Positions 9,730 to 17,474 of a stretch of DNA of 33,656 nucleotides are shown in pieces (position 1 is the stretch's first letter; each line of letters opens with the position of its first letter). The notes beneath the pieces are model-generated. The model did no database searches. It was not told the origin of the DNA and saw only the letters and a program-made list of their open reading frames with translations. Position numbers and translations under genes: made by a program. The DNA is taken from the NCBI GenBank assembly GCA_020628755.1, contig JAHDEQ010000019.1, positions 1-33,656 of the forward strand, given 5' to 3'. The DNA comes from Saprospiraceae bacterium (GTDB taxonomy: Bacteria > Bacteroidota > Bacteroidia > Chitinophagales > Saprospiraceae).

Positions 9730-9760
9730 TTTGTTTTTTGCTCTAAAAATATTACCTTTG
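9730..9760 (+). promoter_or_regulatory. Candidate Bacteroidota sigma-A promoter for rpsA (TTTG-N19-TAccTTTG)
   Basis: TTTG at 9730-9733 and TACCTTTG at 9753-9760, 19 nt apart, about 80 nt upstream of the rpsA ATG. This matches the published -33 TTTG / -7 TAnnTTTG consensus. Confidence 0.4.
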
Positions 9761-9839
9761 CGGCCGCAAATTTATTACTTAACCACTGTCTATTAGCTTT
9801 TTATAAAGTTAAAAAAGACATACAAACCACATTTTCTTC

Positions 9840-11756
9840 ATGTTAGATGATGATAAAACAGTAGAAAATGAAGAGCAAAACGAAGCTCTTGAATCAGAGG
9901 TTACTACTGAAGCCAAAGAAGAAGTTTCTGTAGAATCTTTAATTGAATCTGTCACACAAGAAATTCCAGCAACAGCTCATGATGACTTTGATTGGAATTC
10001 TAGCGACAAGCACTCCTTACCTTACAACGAAGAGGAAATCAACAAATACCTCAAGGATTACGAATCTACACTTAATTCTGTTCTCGAAAACGAAATTGTA
10101 AAAGCAGTAGTTTCGGCAATGAGTACCAGCGATGTTGTATTAGACATTAATTACAAGTCTGATGGATTAATTTCGCTTTCTGAATTCCGTGATATTCCTG
10201 AGTTGAAAGTTGGAGATACGGTAGAAGTATATGTAGAAAGCCAAGAAGATGAAAGAGGCCAATTGGTACTTTCTAGAAGAAAAGCCAAATTACTTAGAGC
10301 ATGGGAAAGTATCGTTGATTCCTATCAAAATGGTACTGTTATCAAAGGTACTGTTGTGAGCAAAACCAAAGGTGGTTTGATCGTAGATACAGGAGGTCTA
10401 GAAACTTTCTTACCTGGTTCGCAAATAGATATCAAGCCTATTGTAGATTACGATTCTTATGTAGGTAAGACTATGGAATTTAAGGTAGTCAAAATCAATG
10501 AGACTATCAAAAACGCTGTTGTTTCTCACAAAGCACTTATCGAAAGTGATTTGGCAGAACAACGAGAAGCAATTATTGGTAGCCTCGAAAAAGGCCAAGT
10601 ACTTGAAGGTATTGTCAAAAACATCACTGACTTTGGAGCATTCCTTGACTTAGGAGGTGTTGATGGCTTACTTTACATCACAGATATTTCTTGGGGTCGT
10701 ATCTCGCATCCAAATGAGATACTATCATTAAATCAAAAAATTAACGTTGTTGTTCTCGATTTTGACGAAAACAAGAAGCGTATTTCTCTTGGTCTCAAAC
10801 AATTGCAGCCACATCCTTGGGAAGTATTGGATGCAACTGTTGCAGAAGGTTCTACTGTCAAAGGTAAAATTGTTAACATCGAAGACTATGGTGCATTCTT
10901 AGAAATCCAACCTGGTGTTGAGGGTCTGATACACGTATCAGAGGTTACTTGGAGCAACCATCCAATCAATGCTCGAGAATACTTCAAGTTGGGTCAAGAA
11001 TACGAAGCAAAAGTTGTTACTATTGATAGAGAAGATCGCAAAATGTCGCTTAGTGTCAAGCAATTGTCTAAAGACCCTTGGAGTGATATTAGCGAGCGTT
11101 TCCCTGTCGAAAGTCGCCATACTGGCTTAGTTAAAAACCTAACACCATATGGAGTATTCGTTGAAATCGAAGAAGGAATTGGTGGTATGATTCATATCTC
11201 TGACCTTTCTTGGACTAAACGCTACTCACATCCTTCTGAGTTCACTAAAGTTGGGCAAAATATTGATATTGTAATTCTAGATATTGATAAAGAAAGCCGT
11301 AAATTATCACTTGGACACAAGCAAATCGAAGAAAATCCTTGGGATACATTCGAAAATGTATTCCCTGTGGGTTCTTACCACGATGCTACTGTATTGCGTC
11401 GTGACGATAGAGGAGCTATCGTTCAATTGCCTTATGGTTTAGAGGCTTATGCCCCTGCCAAGCACATTCGTAAAGAAGACAATTCTTTGGTAGAAGTTGA
11501 AGAAGTTGTAACTGTAAAAGTTATCGAATTCAACCGTGATGACAAACGTATCTTAGTATCTCATCTACGTTATTTAGATGACATTCGTAGAGAAGCTGAT
11601 GAACAAGTCAAAGCTGAAAAAACTAAGGTAAAAGATAATACTCGCAAAGCAGTCAAAAAACAACAATCCAAAGTTGAAAAAACAACTTTAGGAGACATGG
11701 ATGTTTTCTCTCAATTGAAAGAACAACTGGGAGACGACGCTGGAACAGGAGAATAA
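9840..11756 (+). CDS. rpsA: 30S ribosomal protein S1 (six S1/OB domains) with acidic N-terminal extension
   Basis: 638 aa. Repeated S1 motifs (G..v.G.V..i...Ga.V.l..g.eG..h.Se), e.g. GQVLEGIVKNITDFGAFLDLGGVDGLLYITDIS. A DFDW motif near the N-terminus is typical of Bacteroidota S1. Confidence 0.95.
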   Translation: MLDDDKTVENEEQNEALESEVTTEAKEEVSVESLIESVTQEIPATAHDDFDWNSSDKHSLPYNEEEINKYLKDYESTLNSVLENEIVKAVVSAMSTSDVVLDINYKSDGLISLSEFRDIPELKVGDTVEVYVESQEDERGQLVLSRRKAKLLRAWESIVDSYQNGTVIKGTVVSKTKGGLIVDTGGLETFLPGSQIDIKPIVDYDSYVGKTMEFKVVKINETIKNAVVSHKALIESDLAEQREAIIGSLEKGQVLEGIVKNITDFGAFLDLGGVDGLLYITDISWGRISHPNEILSLNQKINVVVLDFDENKKRISLGLKQLQPHPWEVLDATVAEGSTVKGKIVNIEDYGAFLEIQPGVEGLIHVSEVTWSNHPINAREYFKLGQEYEAKVVTIDREDRKMSLSVKQLSKDPWSDISERFPVESRHTGLVKNLTPYGVFVEIEEGIGGMIHISDLSWTKRYSHPSEFTKVGQNIDIVILDIDKESRKLSLGHKQIEENPWDTFENVFPVGSYHDATVLRRDDRGAIVQLPYGLEAYAPAKHIRKEDNSLVEVEEVVTVKVIEFNRDDKRILVSHLRYLDDIRREADEQVKAEKTKVKDNTRKAVKKQQSKVEKTTLGDMDVFSQLKEQLGDDAGTGE

Positions 11757-11778
11757 AATACATTGAAACAATAGATTA

Positions 11779-11816
11779 AAAGACCTTGATAGCGAAGCCA
11801 TCAAGGTCTTTTTTTA
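11779..11816 (+). terminator. Rho-independent terminator of rpsA
   Basis: AAAGACCTTGAT-agcgaagcc-ATCAAGGTCTTT followed by TTTTT. Confidence 0.85.
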
Positions 11817-11931
11817 TAGAAAATCTTAACTTAATCTACATAACTAAATGTAGTAATTCCCGTTACGTTTTTTAAACCATATTTTTTAAAAATCTAAACC
11901 ACACCACATGAGTTCTATAATGGTTGATAAA

Positions 11932-13002
11932 ATGAAAAAACATAATTTTTTTGCAGGCCCCGCCATCTTACCTGCTCCTGTTTTGGAGCAAGCAGCCCAA
12001 GCTGTTGTTGATTTTGAAGGAATGGGCTTATCTATTTTAGAAATCTCGCACCGTAGCGCCCAATTTACGGCTGTAATGGAAGAAGCTATGGCTTCTACCA
12101 AAGAATTGCTTAATATCAATGATGATTATGCCGTTTTATTTTTGACAGGTGGCGCAAGTAGCCAGTTTTATATGACGGCAATGAATATTCTTAATGAAGA
12201 TGAAACAGCTTGCTATGTCAACACAGGTACTTGGTCAACTAAAGCAATAAAAGAAGCCAAATTCTTTGGAAATATTGAAGAAATTGCCTCATCTGCGGAC
12301 ACCAATTTCAACTATATACCTAAAGAATTTGCAATACCTGAAAACACAAAATATTTACACATAACCAGTAATAATACTATTTTTGGTACGCAATATCACC
12401 AAATGCCTACAACCAATGTGCCATTGGTTGCTGATATGAGTTCTGATATTTTCTGCCGTCCAATTGATGTAAGTCGCTACTCCGTTATTTATGCTGGAGC
12501 ACAAAAAAACCTTGGCCCTGCTGGTACAACAATGGTTATTGTCCGCAAAGATGTCTTAGGAAAAGTCAATCGTGCTATTCCAACGATGTTGGATTATAAT
12601 ACACATATCAAGAAAGATTCTTCTTTTAATACTCCTCCTGTTTATCCAATATATGTATGTATGTTGACGATGCGATGGCTCAAACAGATGGGTGGTGTAG
12701 CTGCAATGGAACAGCACAATAAAGAAAAAGCTGCTATTTTATATAACGAAATTGATAGCAATCCTTTGTTCAAAGGAGTAGCTGCCAAAGAAGACCGTTC
12801 GTTGATGAATGCAACTTTTGTACTAAACAATGATGATTTGAATGAGGCATTTCTCAATGCTTGTACAGATGCTGGTTGTATGGGAGTCAAAGGTCACCGT
12901 TCAGTGGGTGGCTTCCGTGCTTCTATTTATAATGCGATGCCTATCGAAAGTGTACAAACATTGGTAGATGTCATGAAGGAATTTGGACGCACACACGGAT
13001 AG
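11932..13002 (+). CDS. serC: Phosphoserine aminotransferase
   Basis: MKKHNFFAGPAILP..., class-V aminotransferase core, 356 aa from the ATG at 11932. The ORF track's ATG at 11908 adds 8 residues not expected for SerC, so the start is uncertain between the two. Confidence 0.9.
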   Translation: MKKHNFFAGPAILPAPVLEQAAQAVVDFEGMGLSILEISHRSAQFTAVMEEAMASTKELLNINDDYAVLFLTGGASSQFYMTAMNILNEDETACYVNTGTWSTKAIKEAKFFGNIEEIASSADTNFNYIPKEFAIPENTKYLHITSNNTIFGTQYHQMPTTNVPLVADMSSDIFCRPIDVSRYSVIYAGAQKNLGPAGTTMVIVRKDVLGKVNRAIPTMLDYNTHIKKDSSFNTPPVYPIYVCMLTMRWLKQMGGVAAMEQHNKEKAAILYNEIDSNPLFKGVAAKEDRSLMNATFVLNNDDLNEAFLNACTDAGCMGVKGHRSVGGFRASIYNAMPIESVQTLVDVMKEFGRTHG

Positions 13003-13026
13003 TTTCTAGTAAAAAAACATTCATAA

Positions 13027-13057
13027 GGCTGGGCATTTTGCCCAGCCGATATTTTTT
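13027..13057. terminator. Bidirectional terminator between convergent serC and the PNP gene
   Basis: GGCTGGGC-atttt-GCCCAGCC followed by gatATTTTTT on the + strand. There are also T-rich runs on the - strand side. Confidence 0.75.
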
Positions 13058-13064
13058 GCAAAAA

Positions 13065-13883
13065 CTACAATTGGTTCAATAGTTTTTTGACAATCAAACG
13101 CATTTTGGGTTCTGCCTTTTGTGCAACAGCAATAACGCTTTCGACCGTCGTTTTTTTGATTTCTTCTATCGGATAACACTTATTAGAAACCACCGAAACA
13201 ACAAAAACAGCAAGTCCCGAATGACGTGCCACTATGACTTCTGGCACTGTGGACATACCGACCAAATCTCCTCCTATCGTATTCAAAAATTTATACTCCG
13301 CAGGCGTTTCTAAATTAGGTCCTTGCAAAGCAACATAGACTCCCCTATGCGTTTTGATATGATTAGCTTGAGCAATTTTTTCGGCTTGCTCAATCATGTT
13401 TTTGTCATACGTATCAAGCATATCAGGAAAACGAGGTCCCAGTCTTTCGTCATTGCTTCCTCTTAGCGGATTTTCGGGTTGCAAATTGATATGGTCTTTG
13501 ACAAAAACAATATCGCCTGCCTCAATATTGGCATTGGTACTACCCGACACATTTGAAATAATGACTTGTTCGATACCCAATAATTTTAGTAAACGAATCG
13601 GAAAAGTCACTTGCTGCATGGTATAACCTTCGTAATAATGAAAACGCCCAGCCATAGCTACAATTGACTGGCCAGCCAATTTGCCAAACACCAACTTGCT
13701 TTTGTGACTTTGTACCGTCGAAACTGGAAAATGAGGAATTTCCGTATAGGGAATTTCAAGCTCGACTTCAATATCATCGGTCAAATTTCCCAATCCTGTT
13801 CCGAGAACGATTCCAAAACGAGGCTTAAATTTAGTTTTAGATTGAATAAAGGCAAGGCTTTCGTGTAAATTCTCGTAAAGCAT
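13065..13883 (-). CDS. Purine nucleoside phosphorylase (trimeric, inosine/guanosine type)
   Basis: 272 aa. Contains GRFHYYEG, GPRFPDM and DLVGMSTVPEVIVARH, which are hallmark PNP-I motifs. Confidence 0.9.
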   Translation of the reverse strand: MLYENLHESLAFIQSKTKFKPRFGIVLGTGLGNLTDDIEVELEIPYTEIPHFPVSTVQSHKSKLVFGKLAGQSIVAMAGRFHYYEGYTMQQVTFPIRLLKLLGIEQVIISNVSGSTNANIEAGDIVFVKDHINLQPENPLRGSNDERLGPRFPDMLDTYDKNMIEQAEKIAQANHIKTHRGVYVALQGPNLETPAEYKFLNTIGGDLVGMSTVPEVIVARHSGLAVFVVSVVSNKCYPIEEIKKTTVESVIAVAQKAEPKMRLIVKKLLNQL

Positions 13884-13896
13884 TTTGAAGAGATTG

Positions 13897-13931
13897 AAAA
13901 GGGGAGATTGACATAGTCAATCTCCCCTTTT
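13897..13931 (-). terminator. 16-bp perfect-stem hairpin downstream of rng
   Basis: AAAAGGGGAGATTGAC-ata-GTCAATCTCCCCTTTT. It lies 12 nt after the rng stop and 14 nt before the PNP start. Confidence 0.7.
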
Positions 13932-13942
13932 GGGTTTGGATT

Positions 13943-15496
13943 TTAGTTCAAACGAATTTCATCGTCGTTGGAATCAAAGAATTTATATTGACTCAATGGA
14001 TAGTCCGTATTTGCACTAACTCTAATCCATTTACGATGTTTCAAATACCAATTCATTTGCATACTAGGCAAACCTTTGCGTATATAAGCATCTATATAAG
14101 GGTGAACCTGCAATTTGAGCTTAGATTTGGGGCGTGATTGTAAGATAAAATCGAGGTCTCTTTCAATTTCATCAGTCAACAAAATAGTAGCATTGACTCG
14201 ACCCGAACCCGCGCAAGAAGGGCAAACTTCAGCCGTATTGATTTTTACTTCTGGCCGCACACGTTGTCGTGTAATTTGCATCAAACCAAATTTGCTCAAA
14301 GGCAAAATGGTATGTTGCGCACGATCTTTTTTCATATGCTCGCGCATCTCTCGAAGTAGCAATTTTCGATGATCGGCCACTCGCATATCAATAAAATCAA
14401 TAATGATAATACCTCCAATATCACGTAAGCGAAGCTGACGAGCAATCTCGGCAGCCGACTCCAAATTGACCGCCAATACTGCCTCTGCGAGATTCGCATT
14501 ATTAGCCATTTTATGCCCACTATTCACATCAATGACGTGCATGGCTTCAGTATGTTCAATCACCAAATATGCACCACTTGCCATCGTTGCCGTTTTACCA
14601 AAAGAAGATTTGATTTGGCGATTCACACCATGTACTTCAAAAATCGGTTTTTTTGACTTGTGATAGTTAACAATATTGACCTGGTCAGGAGCGATATTTC
14701 CTAAAAAATCTTTTACATTGCCGTAAAGCTCTTTGTCATTGACAACAATTTTATGAAAAGAATCACTCAGCAAATCACGTAAGATACTGCTTGCCTTATC
14801 CAACTCACTCAGCAGTTTAAGCGGCGGCTGGTTGTTGTGCAATTGCTCATGAATTTGTTGCCATTTGCCCAACATCGTATTGAGTTCTTCGTGTAAATCA
14901 GCCACTTTTTTTCCTTCGGCAGCCGTTCTCACAATAAGTCCAAAATTTTTGGGACGAATACTTTCCACTAACAATTTGAGGCGATGGCGTTCGTCAGAAT
15001 TGGCAATTTTTTTAGAAACTGCCACCGTATTGGTAAAAGGAGTCAAGACCAAATAACGACCAGGAATGGTTATTTCACAACTTAATCGTGGTCCTTTGGT
15101 AGAAATAGGTTCTTTAAGAATTTGCACCAAAATAGGCTGCCGTTTTTCTAATACTTGATCTATTTTTCCTGTTTTTATGATTTCAGGTTCAAATTCAAAA
15201 TATTCAAGTAAATGCGACTTTTTCTTACCATTAATAGTCTCTTTCGTGAATTTTAGGAGTGTTCGGAGCTTTGGCCCAAGGTCGGTGTAGTGCAAAAAAG
15301 CGTCTTTTTTGTGGCCAATGTCCACAAAAGCAGCGTTGAGTCCAGGCATCAGTTTTTTGATTCTACCTAGAAAAATATCCCCTACCGTAAAGTTGGTATT
15401 GGTTTTTTGATAGTGCAACTCTACCAATTTGGAGTCTTCCAAAAGTGCAATTTCTACATCGGTAGGTGTAGAGTTGATGATGAGTTCTTTTTCCAC
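13943..15496 (-). CDS. rng: Ribonuclease G (Rne/Rng family)
   Basis: 517 aa with a GTG start. N-terminal S1 domain (GDIFLGRIKKLMPGLNAAFVDIG), DNase-I-like catalytic region (VIDVNSG, IIIDFIDM), and CPSCAGSG Zn-link. Confidence 0.9.
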   Translation of the reverse strand: MEKELIINSTPTDVEIALLEDSKLVELHYQKTNTNFTVGDIFLGRIKKLMPGLNAAFVDIGHKKDAFLHYTDLGPKLRTLLKFTKETINGKKKSHLLEYFEFEPEIIKTGKIDQVLEKRQPILVQILKEPISTKGPRLSCEITIPGRYLVLTPFTNTVAVSKKIANSDERHRLKLLVESIRPKNFGLIVRTAAEGKKVADLHEELNTMLGKWQQIHEQLHNNQPPLKLLSELDKASSILRDLLSDSFHKIVVNDKELYGNVKDFLGNIAPDQVNIVNYHKSKKPIFEVHGVNRQIKSSFGKTATMASGAYLVIEHTEAMHVIDVNSGHKMANNANLAEAVLAVNLESAAEIARQLRLRDIGGIIIIDFIDMRVADHRKLLLREMREHMKKDRAQHTILPLSKFGLMQITRQRVRPEVKINTAEVCPSCAGSGRVNATILLTDEIERDLDFILQSRPKSKLKLQVHPYIDAYIRKGLPSMQMNWYLKHRKWIRVSANTDYPLSQYKFFDSNDDEIRLN

Positions 15497-15691
15497 AATT
15501 ACTAGTTCTTTTACAAAGAAGAGTTATCTCGAATCTGCTCAAATGAAAATTCTTCTTTGATAAATACAAGCTGTATTTTATCGAAAAAACTAGACTATTA
15601 TCTTTAAAAAAGTACGCTTCTCACAATTATATAAAAATAGTGCGAAAGTAGAGTGTATATGAGTTGATATGCTAAAAAGAGTATTTTGTAT

Positions 15692-15772
15692 TATACACTA
15701 AAAAATGGATAGAATTTTCTTTTAATATCTTGGGATTTCGATTAAATGACCTTAGTTATAAATTAGTGTATA
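15692..15772. repeat. 10-bp perfect inverted repeat TATACACTAA / TTAGTGTATA, 61 nt apart, in the rng upstream region
   Basis: Arms at 15692-15701 and 15763-15772. A third 8-nt copy (AGTGTATA) lies at 15652-15659. Confidence 0.8.
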
Positions 15773-15775
15773 GTT

Positions 15776-15820
15776 AAAAATCGAAATAAAACTACTATCA
15801 TTTTAGATGATTAGTAGTTT
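15776..15820 (-). terminator. Rho-independent terminator on the minus strand inside the bS22-rng gap
   Basis: Minus strand reads AAACTACTAATCAT-ctaaa-ATGATAGTAGTTT (13 bp, one bulge) followed by TATTTCGATTTTT. Confidence 0.6.
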
Positions 15821-15975
15821 GGTCAAAAATTCTTACTACTGCTGTTTTTTTAAATCAGCATGAAAAATAAAATAATTGATACTCTTTTTGAACGAAATTA
15901 TAAATTGATTTACTTTCAAATAACTTTTCTAAAGATTTGGGTGTATTTTTCGTAAAAATACAAGCTGTAAAAATA

Positions 15976-16031
15976 GAAAGACACGAATTAGGAGTACCAC
16001 TTAAAAATGAATAAAACCTAATTCGTGTTTC
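15976..16031 (-). terminator. Large-loop hairpin about 55 nt downstream of the bS22-like ORF
   Basis: Minus strand reads GAAACACGAATTAGG-(24 nt)-CCTAATTCGTGTCTTTC followed by TATTTTTA. The loop is long for a canonical terminator. Confidence 0.35.
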
Positions 16032-16085
16032 CGAAGAATAAGTCAAAAAATTTGGAGAAACACGTTTTGTTTTCTCACTCAAATA

Positions 16086-16178
16086 TTACTTCTTCTTCTT
16101 ATGTCTATTCTTACGAAGTCTTTTTTTACGTTTGTGCGTCGCAATTTTATGACGCTTTCTTTTTTTTCCACAAGGCAT
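16086..16178 (-). CDS. Small basic ribosomal protein, bS22 / mS38 (AURKAIP1/COX24)-like, 30 aa
   Basis: Hand translation of the minus strand gives MPCGKKRKRHKIATHKRKKRLRKNRHKKKK*. It is absent from the ORF track because it is under 60 aa. It has the K-R-K-R-H-K-x-A-T-H-K-R-K-K-R-L-R-K pattern of the Bacteroidota/Actinobacteria bS22 family. Confidence 0.7.
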   Translation of the reverse strand: MPCGKKRKRHKIATHKRKKRLRKNRHKKKK

Positions 16179-16216
16179 AATAAAAAATGGTTTTATATAT
16201 TAAATTTAAATTTCTC

Positions 16217-16999
16217 TTATTGAAGCGCACATTTTTCTTGTGCTTCTGTTGCTTTTTGCATTTCACCCAATCCTTTGTAAGCATCGGCCAATAGGCAAAA
16301 AGCTCTACGATTATCGGGTTCTATACTTATCGCTTTGGTCAAACGCTCTGCTGCTTTATCAAATTGTCCCGTCTCAATTCCAAATCTCCCCAAGCTCAAT
16401 AATACAGGAACGCTTTCAGGATTAGCTTTGTTTAAATCGAGCAACATCAAAACCCCTTTCATCGGGTTTTCTTGCGGTGGATTTTCGGCATAACAAGATG
16501 CTAAATTCACCTTATGATTAATATTGTCAGGATTTAAAGAAATTGCACTTTCAAAAGCTGAAACAGCTCCACTTGTACAATACTTTTTGATTTTTTCCTC
16601 TTGGGCTTGTCGAGCACCTATCATATAGGTCGTACCTGCTATAGACCAAGCATCTTCGGTTTGCTCCAATTCTGCAACTTTCAAAGCATAGTGTCCCGAA
16701 ATATCGGCACGTCGAAATTCGTACCACTTACTTGCCAATTTTTTGTACGCATCTATACGAACAAAATCTTCAGTAGCATCATCTATTTGTCTTTCTAGTG
16801 AAATGATGAATGCCGCATCTTGCTTAGACAAACTTGGTTTTGCATCAATGAGCAAAGAACTAATATCGGTACTTGCTGCAGCAATAGAACGTTTTTTCTG
16901 AATTTCACCAAAATCGGATGCTTTGGTACTTGCACCAAAGAATAAACCAAAAAATAACAATATTGATGCTCCGATGACAGCAAGTTGGAGTTTATTCAT
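16217..16999 (-). CDS. Tetratricopeptide-repeat protein with N-terminal membrane anchor or signal
   Basis: 260 aa. Hydrophobic N-terminus. TPR-like repeats (AVSAFESAISLNPDN, AAERLTKAISIEPDNRRAFCLLADAYKGLGE). Its ATG overlaps the HU stop (TAATG). Confidence 0.75.
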   Translation of the reverse strand: MNKLQLAVIGASILLFFGLFFGASTKASDFGEIQKKRSIAAASTDISSLLIDAKPSLSKQDAAFIISLERQIDDATEDFVRIDAYKKLASKWYEFRRADISGHYALKVAELEQTEDAWSIAGTTYMIGARQAQEEKIKKYCTSGAVSAFESAISLNPDNINHKVNLASCYAENPPQENPMKGVLMLLDLNKANPESVPVLLSLGRFGIETGQFDKAAERLTKAISIEPDNRRAFCLLADAYKGLGEMQKATEAQEKCALQ

Positions 17000-17310
17000 T
17001 AATCCAATTTTTCTTCATCAGGAAGAGCGTGAACATTTTCCTTGACTTGCTCTACAAAAACTTTTGCAGGCTTAAAAGAAGGAATATAATGCTCTGGAAT
17101 TTCAATAGCAATATTCTTTTTGATATGGCGACCGATTTTTTTTGCTCTCTTTTTAATCACAAAACTTCCAAACCCTCGGATATATACATTTTCACCTTCT
17201 GCAAGGGAATTTTTTACTTCTTTAAAAAAGGTCTCTAAAGAGACTAATACGTCCACTTTAGGGACTCCAGTTTTTTCCGATATTGCTGCGACTATGTCCG
17301 CTTTTCTCAT
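16999..17310 (-). CDS. HU/IHF-family DNA-binding protein
   Basis: 103 aa. Contains MRKADIVAAISEKTG...V.IRGFGSF..K.RA...GR......I.IP....P.FKP, the classic HU fold signature. Confidence 0.9.
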   Translation of the reverse strand: MRKADIVAAISEKTGVPKVDVLVSLETFFKEVKNSLAEGENVYIRGFGSFVIKKRAKKIGRHIKKNIAIEIPEHYIPSFKPAKVFVEQVKENVHALPDEEKLD

Positions 17311-17474
17311 TATTACTATTTGGTTTATAATAAGTTATAAATAATATCAGTTTCAAGAAACGAGTCGCAAATTTCGGAATTTTCCACATCAAAAGAAAGT
17401 AAATGATGAAATTATTTTTACTTTTTTCCTTTATTTTCAATGATTTATGAAGAGAAGCGGTGGTCTTTGATGGT

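Noticed and set aside
9761-9768. GCGGCCGC palindrome just downstream of the candidate rpsA -7 element
   Set aside because: A single 8-bp palindrome has no partner or repeat, so it is not enough to call a site.
15855-16082. 75-aa minus-strand ORF starting (TTG) 4 nt after the bS22-like stop
   Set aside because: It has a TTG start and a low-complexity Ser/Phe/Thr/Lys-rich sequence. It spans a strong hairpin and shows no family resemblance. The region is more plausibly a 3' UTR or other non-coding RNA.
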